Assembly (NCBI GenBank): GCA_040954595.2
Contig: CM082579.2
Coordinates: forward strand, 1-64,000
DNA from: Balanoglossus misakiensis
Taxonomy: Eukaryota > Animalia > Hemichordata
Direction: 5' to 3'
DNA: 64,000 nucleotides
In this document: one piece after another, positions 22,601 through 37,600 of the stretch
How positions within the stretch are numbered: the first letter of the stretch is position 1
Layout: each line of letters begins with the position of its first letter
The notes under the pieces: generated by a model
Seen by the model: only the letters and a program-made list of their open reading frames with translations
Database searches by the model: none
What the model was told of the DNA's origin: nothing
Made by a program: the position numbers and the translations under genes

Positions 22601-25600
22601 TCTGGGCAAAGTTGCCGGCGACTTCCGGTCGTAACGGCGCGGTGAATCCGGGCCAAGTTGCCGGAGACTTCCTGTGAATCCGGGCCAAGTTGCCAGCGAC
22701 TTCCGGTGGTAACGGCGCGGTGAATCTGGGCCAAGTTGATGGCGACTTCCTGTGAATCCGGGCCAAGTTGCCGGCGACTTCCGGTGGTAATGGCGCGGTG
22801 AAACTGAGCCAAGTTGCCGGCGACTTCCTGTCGTAACGGCGCGGTGAATCTGGGCAAAGTTGCCGGCGACTTCCGGTCGTAACGGCGCGGTGAATCTGGG
22901 CCAAGTTGCCGGCGACTTCCTGTTGTAACGGCGCGGTGAATCTGGGCAAAGTTGCCGGCGACTTCCGGTCGTAACGGCGCGGTGAATCCGGGCCAAGTTG
23001 ATGGCGACTTCCTGTGAATCCGGGCCAAGTTGCCGGCGACTTCCGGTGGTAATGGCGCGGTGAAACTGAGCCAAGTTGCCGGCGACTTCCTGTCGTAACG
23101 GCGCGGTGAATCCAGGCCAAGTTGCCAGCGGCGACTTCCGGTGGTAACGGCGCGGTGAATCTGGGCCAAGTTGCCGGAGACTTCCTGTGAATCCGGGCCA
23201 AGTTCCCAGCGACTTCCGGTGGTAACGGCGCGGTGAATCTAGGCCAAGTTGCCGGCGACTTCCTGTGGTAACGGCGCGGTGAATCCAGGCCAAGTTGCCG
23301 GCGACTTCCGGTCGTAAAGGCGCGGTGAATCCGGGCCAAGTTGCCGGCGACTTCCTGTTGTAACGGCGCGGTGAATCTGGGCAAAGTTGCCGGCGACTTC
23401 CGGTCGTAACGGCGCGGTGAATCCGGGCCAAGTTGCCGGAGACTTCCTGTGAATCCGGGCCAAGTTGCCAGCGACTTCCGGTGGTAACGGCGCGGTGAAT
23501 CTGGGCCAAGTTGATGGCGACTTCCTGTGAATCCGGGCCAAGTTGCCGGCGACTTCCGGTGGTAACGGCGCGGTGAAACTGGGCCAAGTTCCCGGCGACT
23601 TCCTGTCGTAACGGCGCGGTGAATCTGGGCAAAGTTGCCGGCGACTTCCGGTCGTAACGGCGCGGTGAATCCGGGCCAAGTTGCCGGCGACTTCCGGTGG
23701 TAACGGCGCGGTGAATCTGGGCCAAGTTGCCAGCGACTTCCTGTCGTAACGGCGCGGTGAATCTGGGCCAACTTGCCGGCGATTTCCTGTGGTAACGGCG
23801 CGGTGAATCTGGGCCAAGTTGATGGCGACTTCCTGTGAATCCGGGCCAAGTTGCCGGCGACTTCCTGTCCTAACGGCGCGGTGAATCTGGGCAAAGTTGC
23901 CGGTGACTTCCGGTCGTAACGGCGCGGTGAATCCGGGCCAAGTTGCCGGCGACTTCCGGTGGTAATGGCGCGGTGAATCTGGGCCAAGTTGATGGCGACT
24001 TCCTGTGAATCCGGGCCAAGTTGCCGGCGACTTCCGGTGGTAACGGCACGGTGAAACTGGGCAAAGTTGCCGGCGACTTCCGGTCGTAACGGCGCGGTGA
24101 ATCCGGGCCAAGTTGCCGGCGACTTCCGGTCGTAACGGCGCGGTGAATCCGGGCCAAGTTGATGGCGACTTCCTGTGAATCCGGGCCAAGTTTCCGGCGA
24201 CTTCCGGTGGTAACGGCGCGGTTAAACTGGGCCAAGTTGCCGGCGACTTCCTGTCGTAACGGCACGGTGAATCTGGGCAAAGTTGCCGGCGACTTCCGGT
24301 CGTAACGGCGCGGTGAATCTGGGCCAAGTTGCCGGCGACTTCCTGTTGTAACGGCGCGGTGAATCTGGGCAAAGTTGCCGGCGACTTCCGGTCGTAACGG
24401 CGCGGTGAATCCGGGCCAAGTTGCCGGAGACTTCCTGTGAATCCGGGCCAAGTTGCCAGCGACTTCCGGTGGTAACGGCGCGGTGAATCTGGGCCAAGTT
24501 GATGGCGACTTCCTGTGAATCCGGGCCAAGTTGCCGGCGACTTCCGGTGGTAATGGCGCGGTGAAACTGAGCCAAGTTGCCGGCGACTTCCTGTCGTAAC
24601 GGCGCGGTGAATCTGGGCAAAGTTGCCGGCGACTTCCGGTCGTAACGGCGCGGTGAATCCGGGCCAAGTTGATGGCGACTTCTTGTGAATCTGGGCCAAG
24701 TTGCCGGCGACTTCCGGTGGTAATGGCGCGGTGAAACTGAGCCAAGTTGCCGGCGACTTCCTGTCGTAACGGCGCGGTGAATCTGGGCAAAGTTGCCGGC
24801 GACTTCCGGTCGTAACGGCGCGGTGAATGCGGGCCAAGTTGCCGGAGACTTCCTGTGAATCCGGGCCAAGTTGCCAGCGACTTCCGGTGGTAACGGCGCG
24901 GTGAATCTGGGCAAAGTTGCCGGCGACTTCCGGTCGTAATGGCGCGGTGAATCTGGGCCAAGTTGCCGTTGATTTCCTGTGGTAACGGCGCGGTGAATCT
25001 GGGCCAAGTTGATGGCGACTTCCTGTGAATCCGGGCCAAGTTGCCGGCGACTTCCGGTGGTAATGGCGCGGTGAAACTGAGCCAAGTTGCCGGCGACTTC
25101 CTGTCGTAACGGCGTGGTGAATCTGGGCAAAGTTGCCGGCGACTTCCGGTCGTAACGGCGCGGTGAATGCGGGCCAAGTTGCCGGAGACTTCCTGTGAAT
25201 CCGGGCCAAGTTGCCAGCGACTTCCGGTGGTAACGGCGCGGTGAATCTGGGCCAAGTTGCCGGCGACTTCCTGTCGTAACGGCGCGGTGAATCTGGGCCA
25301 AGTTGCCGGCGATTTCCTGTGGTAATGGCGCGGTGAATCTGGGCCAAGTTGATGGCGACTTCCTGTGAATCCGGGCCAAGTTGCGGCGACTTCCGGTCGT
25401 AACGGCGCGGTGAATCTAGGCCAAGTTGATGGCGACTTCCTGTGAATCCGGGCCAAGTTGCCGGCGACTTCCTGTCGTAACGGCGCGGTGAATCTGGGCA
25501 AAGTTGCCGGCGACTTCCGGTCGTAACGGCGCGGTGAATCCGGGCCAAGTTGCCGGAGACTTCCTGTGAATCCGGGCCAAGTTGCCAGCGACTTCCGGTG

Positions 25601-28600
25601 GTAACGGCGCGGTGAAACTGGGCCAAGTTGCCGGCGACTTCCTGTCGTAACGGCGCGGTGAATCTGGGCAAAGTTGCCGGCGACTTCCGGTCGTAACGGC
25701 GCGGTGAATCTGGGCAAAGTTGCCGGCGACTTCCGGTCGTAACGGCGCGGTGAATCCGGGCAAAGTTGCCGGCGACTTCCGGTCGTAACGGCGCGGTGAA
25801 TCTGTGCCAAGTTGCCGGAGACTTCCTGTGAATCCGGGCCAAGTTGCCAGCGACTTCCGGTAGTAACGGCGCGGTGAATCTGGGCCAAGTTGCCGGCGAC
25901 TTCCTGTCGTAACGGCGCGGTGAATCTGGGCCAAGTTGCCGGCGATTTCCTGTGGTAATGGCGCGGTGAATCTGGGCCAAGTTGATGGCGACTTCCTGTG
26001 AATCCGGGCCAAGTTGCGGCGACTTCCGGTCGTAACGGCGCGGTGAATCCGGGCCAAGTTTCCGGCTACTTCCTGTTGTAACGGCGCGGTGAATCTGGGC
26101 AAAGTTGCCGGCGACTTCCGGTCGTAACGGCGCGGTGAATCCGGGCCAAGTTGCCGGAGACTTCCTGTGAATCCGGGCCAAGTTGCCAGCGACTTCCGGT
26201 CGTAACGGCGCGGTGAATCTGGGCCAAGTTGATGGCGACTTCCTGTGAATCCGGGCCAAGTTGCCGGCGACTTCCGGTGGTAATGGCGCGGTGAAACTGA
26301 GCCAAGTTGCCGGCGACTTCCTGTCGTAACGGCGCGGTGAATCTTGGCAAAGTTGCCGGCGACTTCCGGTCGTTACGGCGCGGTGAATCCGGGCCAAGTT
26401 GATGGCGACTTCCTGTGAATCCGGGCCAAGTTGCCGGCGACTTCCTGTCGTAACGGCGCGGTGAATCTGGGCAAAAATGCCGGCGACTTCCGGTCGTAAC
26501 GGCGCGGTGAATCCGGGCCAAGTTGCCGGAGACTTCCTGTGAATCCGGGCCAAGTTGCCAGCGACTTCCGGTGGTAACGGCGCGGTGAAACTGGGCCAAG
26601 TTGCCGGCGACTTCCTGTCGTAACGGCGCGGTGAATCTGGGCAAAGTTGCCGGCGACTTCCGGTCGTAACGGCGCGGTGAATCCGGGCCAAGTTGCCGGA
26701 GACTTCCTGTGAATCCGGGCCAAGTTGCCAGCGACTTCCGGTGGTAACGGCGCGGTGAATCTGGGCCAAGTTGATGGCGACTTCCTGTGAATCCGGGCCA
26801 AGTTGCCGGCGACTTCCGGTGGTAATGGCGCGGTGAAACTGAGCCAAGTTGCCGGCGACTTCCTGTCGTAACGGCGCGGTGAATCTGGGCAAAGTTGCCG
26901 GCGACTTCCGGTCGTAACGGCGCGGTGAATCCGGGCCAAGTTGATGGCGACTTCTTGTGAATCTGGGCCAAGTTGCCGGCGACTTCCGGTGGTAATGGCG
27001 CGGTGAAACTGAGCCAAGTTGCCGGCGACTTCCTGTCGTAACGGCGCGGTGAATCTGGGCAAAGTTGCCGGCGACTTCCGGTCGTAACGGCGCGGTGAAT
27101 GCGGGCCAAGTTGCCGGAGACTTCCTGTGAATCCGGGCCAAGTTGCCAGCGACTTCCGGTGGTAACGGCGCGGTGAATCTGGGCAAAGTTGCCGGCGACT
27201 TCCGGTCGTAATGGCGCGGTGAATCTGGGCCAAGTTGCCGTTGATTTCCTGTGGTAACGGCGCGGTGAATCTGGGCCAAGTTGATGGCGACTTCCTGTGA
27301 ATCCGGGCCAAGTTGCCGGCGACTTCCGGTGGTAATGGCGCGGTGAAACTGAGCCAAGTTGCCGGCGACTTCCTGTCGTAACGGCGTGGTGAATCTGGGC
27401 AAAGTTGCCGGCGACTTCCGGTCGTAACGGCGCGGTGAATGCGGGCCAAGTTGCCGGAGACTTCCTGTGAATCCGGGCCAAGTTGCCAGCGACTTCCGGT
27501 GGTAACGGCGCGGTGAATCTGGGCCAAGTTGCCGGCGACTTCCTGTCGTAACGGCGCGGTGAATCTGGGCCAAGTTGCCGGCGATTTCCTGTGGTAATGG
27601 CGCGGTGAATCTGGGCCAAGTTGATGGCGACTTCCTGTGAATCCGGGCCAAGTTGCCGGCGACTTCCGGTGGTAATGGCGCGGTGAAACTGAGCCAAGTT
27701 GCCGGCGACTACCTGTGAATCCGGGCCAAGTTGCGGCGACTTCCGGTCGTAACGGCGCGGTGAATCTAGGCCAAGTTGATGGCGACTTCCTGTGAATCCG
27801 GGCCAAGTTGCCGGCGACTTCCTGTCGTAACGGCGCGGTGAATCTGGGCAAAGTTGCCGGCGACTTCCGGTCGTAACGGCGCGGTGAATCCGGGCCAAGT
27901 TGCCGGAGACTTCCTGTGAATCCGGGCCAAGTTGCCAGCGACTTCCGGTGGTAACGGCGCGGTGAAACTGGGCCAAGTTGCCGGCGACTTCCTGTCGTAA
28001 CGGCGCGGTGAATCTGGGCAAAGTTGCCGGCGACTTCCGGTCGTAACGGCGCGGTGAATCTGGGCAAAGTTGCCGGCGACTTCCGGTCGTAACGGCGCGG
28101 TGAATCCGGGCAAAGTTGCCGGCGACTTCCGGTCGTAACGGCGCGGTGAATCTGTGCCAAGTTGCCGGAGACTTCCTGTGAATCCGGGCCAAGTTGCCAG
28201 CGACTTCCGGTAGTAACGGCGCGGTGAATCTGGGCCAAGTTGCCGGCGACTTCCTGTCGTAACGGCGCGGTGAATCTGGGCCAAGTTGCCGGCGATTTCC
28301 TGTGGTAATGGCGCGGTGAATCTGGGCCAAGTTGATGGCGACTTCCTGTGAATCCGGGCCAAGTTGCGGCGACTTCCGGTCGTAACGGCGCGGTGAATCC
28401 GGGCCAAGTTTCCGGCTACTTCCTGTTGTAACGGCGCGGTGAATCTGGGCAAAGTTGCCGGCGACTTCCGGTCGTAACGGCGCGGTGAATCCGGGCCAAG
28501 TTGCCGGAGACTTCCTGTGAATCCGGGCCAAGTTGCCAGCGACTTCCGGTCGTAACGGCGCGGTGAATCTGGGCCAAGTTGATGGCGACTTCCTGTGAAT

Positions 28601-31600
28601 CCGGGCCAAGTTGCCGGCGACTTCCGGTGGTAATGGCGCGGTGAAACTGAGCCAAGTTGCCGGCGACTTCCTGTCGTAACGGCGCGGTGAATCTTGGCAA
28701 AGTTGCCGGCGACTTCCGGTCGTTACGGCGCGGTGAATCCGGGCCAAGTTGATGGCGACTTCCTGTGAATCCGGGCCAAGTTGCCGGCGACTTCCTGTCG
28801 TAACGGCGCGGTGAATCTGGGCAAAAATGCCGGCGACTTCCGGTCGTAACGGCGCGGTGAATCCGGGCCAAGTTGCCGGAGACTTCCTGTGAATCCGGGC
28901 CAAGTTGCCAGCGACTTCCGGTGGTAACGGCGCGGTGAAACTGGGCCAAGTTGCCGGCGACTTCCGGTGGTAACGGCGCGGTGAATCTGGGCCAAGTTGC
29001 CGGAGACTTCCTGTGAATCCGGGCCAAGTTGCGGCGACTTCCGGTCGTAACGGCGCGGTGAATACAGGCCAAGTTGCCGGCGACTTCCGGTCGTAAAGGC
29101 GCGGTGAATCCGGGCCAAGTTGCCGGCGACTTCCTGTTGTAACGGCGCGGTGAATCTGGGCAAAGTTGCCGGCGACTTCCGGTCGTAACGGCGCGGTGAA
29201 TCCGGGCCAAGTTGCCGGCGACTTCCTGTTGTAACGGCGCGGTGAATCTGGGCAAAGTTGCCGGCGACTTCCGGTCGTAACGGCGCGGTGAATCCGGGCC
29301 AAGTTGCCGGAGACTTCCTGTGAATCCGGGCCAAGTTGCCAGCGACTTCCGGTGTTAACGGCGCGGTGAATCTGGGCCAAGTTGATGGCGACTTCCTGTG
29401 AATCCGGGCCAAGTTGCCGGCGAATTCCGGTGGTAATGGCGCGGTGAAACTGAGCCAAGTTGCCGCCGACTTCCTGTCGTAACGGCGCGGTGAATCTGGG
29501 CAAAGTTGCCGGCGACTTCCGGTCGTAATGGCGCGGTGAATCTTGGCCAAGTTGATGGCGACTTCCTGTGAATCCGGGCCAAGTTGCGGCGACTTCCGGT
29601 CGTAACGGCGCGGTGAATCCGGGCCAAGTTGCCGGCGACTTCCTGTTGTAACGGCGCGGTGAATCTGGGCAAAGTTGCCGGCGACTTCCGGTCGTAACGG
29701 CGCGGTGAATCCGGGCCAAGTTACCGGAGACTTCCTGTGAATCCGGGCCAAGTTGCCAGCGACTTCCGGTGGTAACGGCGCGGTGAATCTGGGCCAAGTT
29801 GATGGCGACTTCCTGTGAATCCGGGCCAAGTTGCCGGCGACTTCCGGTGGTAATGGCGCGGTGAAACTGAGCCAAGTTGCCGGCGACTTCCTGTCGTAAC
29901 GGCGTGGTGAATCTGGGCAAAGTTGCCGGCGACTTCCGGTCGTAACGGCGCGGTGAATCCGGGCCAAGTTACCGGAGACTTCCTGTGAATCCGGGCCAAG
30001 TTGCCAGCGACTTCCGGTGGTAACGGCGCGGTGAAACTGGGCCAAGTTGATGGCGACTTCCTGTGAATCCGGGCCAAGTTGCCGGCGACTTCCGGTGGTA
30101 ATGGCGCGGTGAAACTGAGCCAAGTTGCCGGCGACTTCCTGTCGTAACGGCGTGGTGAATCTGGGCAAAGTTGCCGGCGACTTCCGGTCGTAACGGCGCG
30201 GTGAATGCGGGCCAAGTTGCCGGAGACTTCCTGTGAATCCGGGCCAAGTTGCCAGCGACTTCCGGTGGTAACGGCGCGGTGAATCTGGGCCAAGTTGCCG
30301 GCGACTTCCTGTCGTTACGGCGCGGTGAATCTGGGCCAAGTTGCCGGCGATTTCCTGTGGTAATGGCGCGGTGAATCTGGGCCAAGTTGATGGCGACTTC
30401 CTGTGAATCCGGGCCAAGTTGCCGGCGACTTCCGGTGGTAATGGCGCGGTGAAACTGAGCCAAGTTGCCGGCGACTACCTGTGAATCCGGGCCAAGTTGC
30501 GGCGACTTCCGGTCGTAACGGCGCGGTGAATCTAGGCCAAGTTGATGGCGACTTCCTGTGAATCCGGGCCAAGTTGCCGGCGACTTCCTGTCGTAACGGC
30601 GCGGTGAATCTGGGCAAAGTTGCCGGCGACTTCCGGTCGTAACGGCGCGGTGAATCCGGGCCAAGTTGCCGGAGACTTCCTGTGAATCCGGGCCAAGTTG
30701 CCAGCGACTTCCGGTGGTAACGGCGCGGTGAAACTGGGCCAAGTTGCCGGCGACTTCCTGTCGTAACGGCGCGGTGAATCTGGGCAAAGTTGCCGGCGAC
30801 TTCCGGTCGTAACGGCGCGGTGAATCTGGGCAAAGTTGCCGGCGACTTCCGGTCGTAACGGCGCGGTGAATCCGGGCAAAGTTGCCGGCGACTTCCGGTC
30901 GTAACGGCGCGGTGAATCTGTGCCAAGTTGCCGGAGACTTCCTGTGGTAATGGCGCGGTGAATCTGGGCCAAGTTGATGGCGACTTCCTGTGAATCCGGG
31001 CCAAGTTGCGGCGACTTCCGGTCGTAACGGCGCGGTGAATCCGGGCCAAGTTTCCGGCTACTTCCTGTTGTAACGGCGCGGTGAATCTGGGCAAAGTTGC
31101 CGGCGACTTCCGGTCGTAACGGCGCGGTGAATCCGGGCCAAGTTGCCGGAGACTTCCTGTGAATCCGGGCCAAGTTGCCAGCGACTTCCGGTCGTAACGG
31201 CGCGGTGAATCTGGGCCAAGTTGATGGCGACTTCCTGTGAATCCGGGCCAAGTTGCCGGCGACTTCCGGTGGTAATGGCGCGGTGAAACTGAGCCAAGTT
31301 GCCGGCGACTTCCTGTCGTAACGGCGCGGTGAATCTTGGCAAAGTTGCCGGCGACTTCCGGTCGTTACGGCGCGGTGAATCCGGGCCAAGTTGATGGCGA
31401 CTTCCTGTGAATCCGGGCCAAGTTGCCGGCGACTTCCTGTCGTAACGGCGCGGTGAATCTGGGCAAAAATGCCGGCGACTTCCGGTCGTAACGGCGCGGT
31501 GAATCCGGGCCAAGTTGCCGGAGACTTCCTGTGAATCCGGGCCAAGTTGCCAGCGACTTCCGGTGGTAACGGCGCGGTGAAACTTGGCCAAGTTGCCGGC

Positions 31601-34600
31601 GACTTCCTGTCGTAACGGCGCGGTGAATCTGGGCAAAGTTGCCGGCGACTTCCGGTCGTAACGGCGCGGTGAATCCGGGCCAAGTTGCCGGCGACTTCCG
31701 GTGGTAACGGCGCGGTGAATCTGGGCCAAGTTGCCGGAGACTTCCTGTGAATCCGGGCCAAGTTGCGGCGACTTCCGGTCGTAACGGCGCGGTGAATACA
31801 GGCCAAGTTGCCGGCGACTTCCGGTCGTAAAGGCGCGGTGAATCCGGGCCAAGTTGCCGGCGACTTCCTGTTGTAACGGCGCGGTGAATCTGGGCAAAGT
31901 TGCCGGCGACTTCCGGTCGTAACGGCGCGGTGAATCCGGGCCAAGTTGCCGGCGACTTCCTGTTGTAACGGCGCGGTGAATCTGGGCAAAGTTGCCGGCG
32001 ACTTCCGGTCGTAACGGCGCGGTGAATCCGGGCCAAGTTGCCGGAGACTTCCTGTGAATCCGGGCCAAGTTGCCAGCGACTTCCGGTGTTAACGGCGCGG
32101 TGAATCTGGGCCAAGTTGATGGCGACTTCCTGTGAATCCGGGCCAAGTTGCCGGCGACTTCCGGTGGTAATGGCGCGGTGAAACTGAGCCAAGTTGCCGG
32201 CGACTTCCTGTCGTAACGGCGCGGTGAATCTGGGCAAAGTTGCCGGCGACTTCCGGTCGTAATGGCGCGGTGAATCTTGGCCAAGTTGATGGCGACTTCC
32301 TGTGAATCCGGGCCAAGTTGCGGCGACTTCCGGTCGTAACGGCGCGGTGAATCCGGGCCAAGTTGCCGGCGACTTCCTGTTGTAACGGCGCGGTGAATCT
32401 GGGCAAAGTTGCCGGCGACTTCCGGTCGTAACGGCGCGGTGAATCCGGGCCAAGTTACCGGAGACTTCCTGTGAATCCGGGCCAAGTTGCCAGCGACTTC
32501 CGGTGGTAACGGCGCGGTGAATCTGGGCCAAGTTGATGGCGACTTCCTGTGAATCCGGGCCAAGTTGCCGGCGACTTCCGGTGGTAATGGCGCGGTGAAA
32601 CTGAGCCAAGTTGCCGGCGACTTCCGGTCGTAACGGCGCGGTGAATCCGGGCCAAGTTGATGGTGACTTCCTGTGAATCCGGGCCAAGTTGCCGGCGACT
32701 TCCTGTCGTAACGGCGCGGTGAATCTGGGCCAAGTTGCCGTTGATTTCCTGTGGTAACGGCGCGGTGAATCTGGGCCAAGTTGATAACGACTTCCGGTCG
32801 TAACGGCGCGGTGAATCCGGGCCAAGTTGCCGGCGACTTCCGGTGGTAACGGCGCGGTGAATCTGGGCCAAGTTGCCGGAGACTTCCTGTGAATCCGGGC
32901 CAAGTTGCCAGCGACTTCCGGTGGTAACGGCGCGGTGAAACTGGGCCAAGTTGCCGGCGACTTCCTGTCGTAACGGCGCGGTGAATCTAGGCAAAGTTGC
33001 CGGCGACTTCCGGTCGTAACGGCGCGGTGAATCCGGGCCGAGTTGCCGGCGACTTCCTGTCGTAACGGCGCGGTGAATCTGGGCCAAGTTGCCGGCGATT
33101 TCCTGTGGTAATGGCGCGGTGAATCTGGGCCAAGTTGATGGCGACTTCCTGTGAATCCGGGCCAAGTTGCGGCGACTTCCGGTCGTAACGGCGCGGTGAA
33201 TCCGGGCCAAGTTTCCGGCTACTTCCTGTTGTAACGGCGCGGTGAATCTGGGCAAAGTTGCCGGCGACTTCCGGTCGTAACGGCGCGGTGAATCCGGGCC
33301 AAGTTGCCGGAGACTTCCTGTGAATCCGGGCCAAGTTGCCAGCGACTTCCGGTCGTAACGGCGCGGTGAATCTGGGCCAAGTTGATGGCGACTTCCTGTG
33401 AATCCGGGCCAAGTTGCCGGCGACTTCCGGTGGTAATGGCGCGGTGAAACTGAGCCAAGTTGCCGGCGACTTCCTGTCGTAACGGCGCGGTGAATCTTGG
33501 CAAAGTTGCCGGCGACTTCCGGTCGTTACGGCGCGGTGAATCCGGGCCAAGTTGATGGCGACTTCCTGTGAATCCGGGCCAAGTTGCCGGCGACTTCCTG
33601 TCGTAACGGCGCGGTGAATCTGGGCAAAAATGCCGGCGACTTCCGGTCGTAACGGCGCGGTGAATCCGGGCCAAGTTGCCGGAGACTTCCTGTGAATCCG
33701 GGCCAAGTTGCCAGCGACTTCCGGTGGTAACGGCGCGGTGAAACTGGGCCAAGTTGCCGGCGACTTCCTGTCGTAACGGCGCGGTGAATCTGGGCAAAGT
33801 TGCCGGCGACTTCCGGTCGTAACGGCGCGGTGAATCCGGGCCAAGTTGCCGGCGACTTCCGGTGGTAACGGCGCGGTGAATCTGGGCCAAGTTGCCGGAG
33901 ACTTCCTGTGAATCCGGGCCAAGTTGCGGCGACTTCCGGTCGTAACGGCGCGGTGAATACAGGCCAAGTTGCCGGCGACTTCCGGTCGTAACGGCGCGGT
34001 GAATCCGGGCCAAGTTGCCGGCGACTTCCTGTTGTAACGGCGCGGTGAATCTGGGCAAAGTTGCCGGCGACTTCCGGTCGTAACGGCGCGGTGAATCCGG
34101 GCCAAGTTGCCGGAGACTTCCTGTGAATCCGGGCCAAGTTGCCAGCGACTTCCGGTGTTAACGGCGCGGTGAATCTGGGCCAAGTTGATGGCGACTTCCT
34201 GTGAATCCGGGCCAAGTTGCCGGCGACTTCCGGTGGTAATGGCGCGGTGAAACTGAGCCAAGTTGCCGGCGACTTCCTGTCGTAACGGCGCGGTGAATCT
34301 GGGCAAAGTTGCCGGCGACTTCCGGTCGTAATGGCGCGGTGAATCTTGGCCAAGTTGATGGCGACTTCCTGTGAATCCGGGCCAAGTTGCGGCGACTTCC
34401 GGTCGTAACGGCGCGGTGAATCCGGGCCAAGTTGCCGGCGACTTCCTGTTGTAACGGCGCGGTGAATCTGGGCAAAGTTGCCGGCGACTTCCGGTCGTAA
34501 CGGCGCGGTGAATCCGGGCCAAGTTACCGGAGACTTCCTGTGAATCCGGGCCAAGTTGCCAGCGACTTCCGGTGGTAACGGCGCGGTGAATCTGGGCCAA

Positions 34601-37600
34601 GTTGATGGCGACTTCCTGTGAATCCGGGCCAAGTTGCCGGCGACTTCCGGTGGTAATGGCGCGGTGAAACTGAGCCAAGTTGCCGGCGACTTCCGGTCGT
34701 AACGGCGCGGTGAATCCGGGCCAAGTTGATGGTGACTTCCTGTGAATCCGGGCCAAGTTGCCGGCGACTTCCTGTCGTAACGGCGCGGTGAATCTGGGCC
34801 AAGTTGCCGTTGATTTCCTGTGGTAACGGCGCGGTGAATCTGGGCCAAGTTGATAACGACTTCCGGTCGTAACGGCGCGGTGAATCCGGGCCAAGTTGCC
34901 GGCGACTTCCGGTGGTAACGGCGCGGTGAATCTGGGCCAAGTTGCCGGAGACTTCCTGTGAATCCGGGCCAAGTTGCCAGCGACTTCCGGTGGTAACGGC
35001 GCGGTGAAACTGGGCCAAGTTGCCGGCGACTTCCGGTCGTAACGGCGTGGTGAATCCGGGCCGAGTTGCCGGCGACTTCCGGTGGTAACGGCGCGGTGAA
35101 TCTGGGCCAAGTTGCTGTTGATTTCCTGTGGTAATGGCGCGGTGAATCTGGGCCAAGTTGATGGCGACTTCCTGTGAATCCGGGCCAAGTTGCCGGCGAC
35201 TTCCGGTGGTAATGGCGCGGTGAAACTGAGCCAAGTTGCCGGCGACTTCCGGTCGTAACGGCGCGGTGAATCCGGGCCAAGTTTCCGGCTACTTCCTGTT
35301 GTAACGGCGCGGTGAATCTGGGCAAAGTTGCCGGCGACTTCCGGTCGTAACGGCGCGGTGAATCCGGGCCAAGTTGCCGGAGACTTCCTGTGAATCCGGG
35401 CCAAGTTGCCAGCGACTTCCGGTCGTAACGGCGCGGTGAATCTGGGCCAAGTTGATGGCGACTTCCTGTGAATCCGGGCCAAGTTGCCGGCGACTTCCGG
35501 TGGTAATGGCGCGGTGAAACTGAGCCAAGTTGCCGGCGACTTCCTGTCGTAACGGCGCGGTGAATCTTGGCAAAGTTGCCGGCGACTTCCGGTCGTTACG
35601 GCGCGGTGAATCCGGGCCAAGTTGATGGCGACTTCCTGTGAATCCGGGCCAAGTTGCCGGCGACTTCCTGTCGTAACGGCGCGGTGAATCTGGGCAAAAA
35701 TGCCGGCGACTTCCGGTCGTAACGGCGCGGTGAATCCGGGCCAAGTTGCCGGAGACTTCCTGTGAATCCGGGCCAAGTTGCCAGCGACTTCCGGTGGTAA
35801 CGGCGCGGTGAAACTGGGCCAAGTTGCCGGCGACTTCCTGTCGTAACGGCGCGGTGAATCTGGGCAAAGTTGCCGGCGACTTCCGGTCGTAACGGCGCGG
35901 TGAATCCGGGCCAAGTTGCCGGCGACTTCCGGTGGTAACGGCGCGGTGAATCTGGGCCAAGTTGCCGGAGACTTCCTGTGAATCCGGGCCAAGTTGCGGC
36001 GACTTCCGGTCGTAACGGCGCGGTGAATACAGGCCAAGTTGCCGGCGCGGTGAATACAGGCCAAGTTGCCGGCGACTTCCGGTCGTAAAGGCGCGGTGAA
36101 TCCGGGCCAAGTTGCCGGCGACTTCCTGTTGTAACGGCGCGGTGAATCTGGGCAAAGTTGCCGGCGACTTCCGGTCGTAACGGCGCGGTGAATCCGGGCC
36201 AAGTTGCCGGCGACTTCCTGTTGTAACGGCGCGGTGAATCTGGGCAAAGTTGCCGGCGACTTCCGGTCGTAACGGCGCGGTGAATCCGGGCCAAGTTGCC
36301 GGAGACTTCCTGTGAATCCGGGCCAAGTTGCCAGCGACTTCCGGTGTTAACGGCGCGGTGAATCTGGGCCAAGTTGATGGCGACTTCCTGTGAATCCGGG
36401 CCAAGTTGCCGGCGACTTCCGGTGGTAATGGCGCGGTGAAACTGAGCCAAGTTGCCGGCGACTTCCTGTCGTAACGGCGCGGTGAATCTGGGCAAAGTTG
36501 CCGGCGACTTCCGGTCGTAATGGCGCGGTGAATCTTGGCCAAGTTGATGGCGACTTCCTGTGAATCCGGGCCAAGTTGCGGCGACTTCCGGTCGTAACGG
36601 CGCGGTGAATCCGGGCCAAGTTGCCGGCGACTTCCTGTTGTAACGGCGCGGTGAATCTGGGCAAAGTTGCCGGCGACTTCCGGTCGTAACGGCGCGGTGA
36701 ATCCGGGCCAAGTTACCGGAGACTTCCTGTGAATCCGGGCCAAGTTGCCAGCGACTTCCGGTGGTAACGGCGCGGTGAATCTGGGCCAAGTTGATGGCGA
36801 CTTCCTGTGAATCCGGGCCAAGTTGCCGGCGACTTCCGGTGGTAATGGCGCGGTGAAACTGAGCCAAGTTGCCGGCGACTTCCGGTCGTAACGGCGCGGT
36901 GAATCCGGGCCAAGTTGATGGTGACTTCCTGTGAATCCGGGCCAAGTTGCCGGCGACTTCCTGTCGTAACGGCGCGGTGAATCTGGGCCAAGTTGCCGTT
37001 GATTTCCTGTGGTAACGGCGCGGTGAATCTGGGCCAAGTTGATAACGACTTCCGGTCGTAACGGCGCGGTGAATCCGGGCCAAGTTGCCGGCGACTTCCG
37101 GTGGTAACGGCGCGGTGAATCTGGGCCAAGTTGCCGGAGACTTCCTGTGAATCCGGGCCAAGTTGCCAGCGACTTCCGGTGGTAACGGCGCGGTGAAACT
37201 GGGCCAAGTTGCCGGCGACTTCCTGTCGTAACGGCGCGGTGAATCTAGGCAAAGTTGCCGGCGACTTCCGGTCGTAACGGCGCGGTGAATCCGGGCCGAG
37301 TTGCCGGCGACTTCCGGTGGTAACGGCGCGGTGAATCTGGGCCAAGTTGCTGTTGATTTCCTGTGGTAACGGCGCGGTGAATCTGGGCCAAGTTGATGGC
37401 GACTTCCTGTGAATCCGGGCCAAGTTGCCGGCGACTTCCGGTGGTAATGGCGCGGTGAAACTGAGCCAAGTTGCCGGCGACTTCCTGTCGTAACGGCGCG
37501 GTGAATCTGGGCAAAGTTGCCGTCGACTGCCGGTCGTAACGGCGCGGTGAATCCGGGCCAAGTTGATGGCGACTTCCTGTGAATCCGGGCCAAGTTGCCG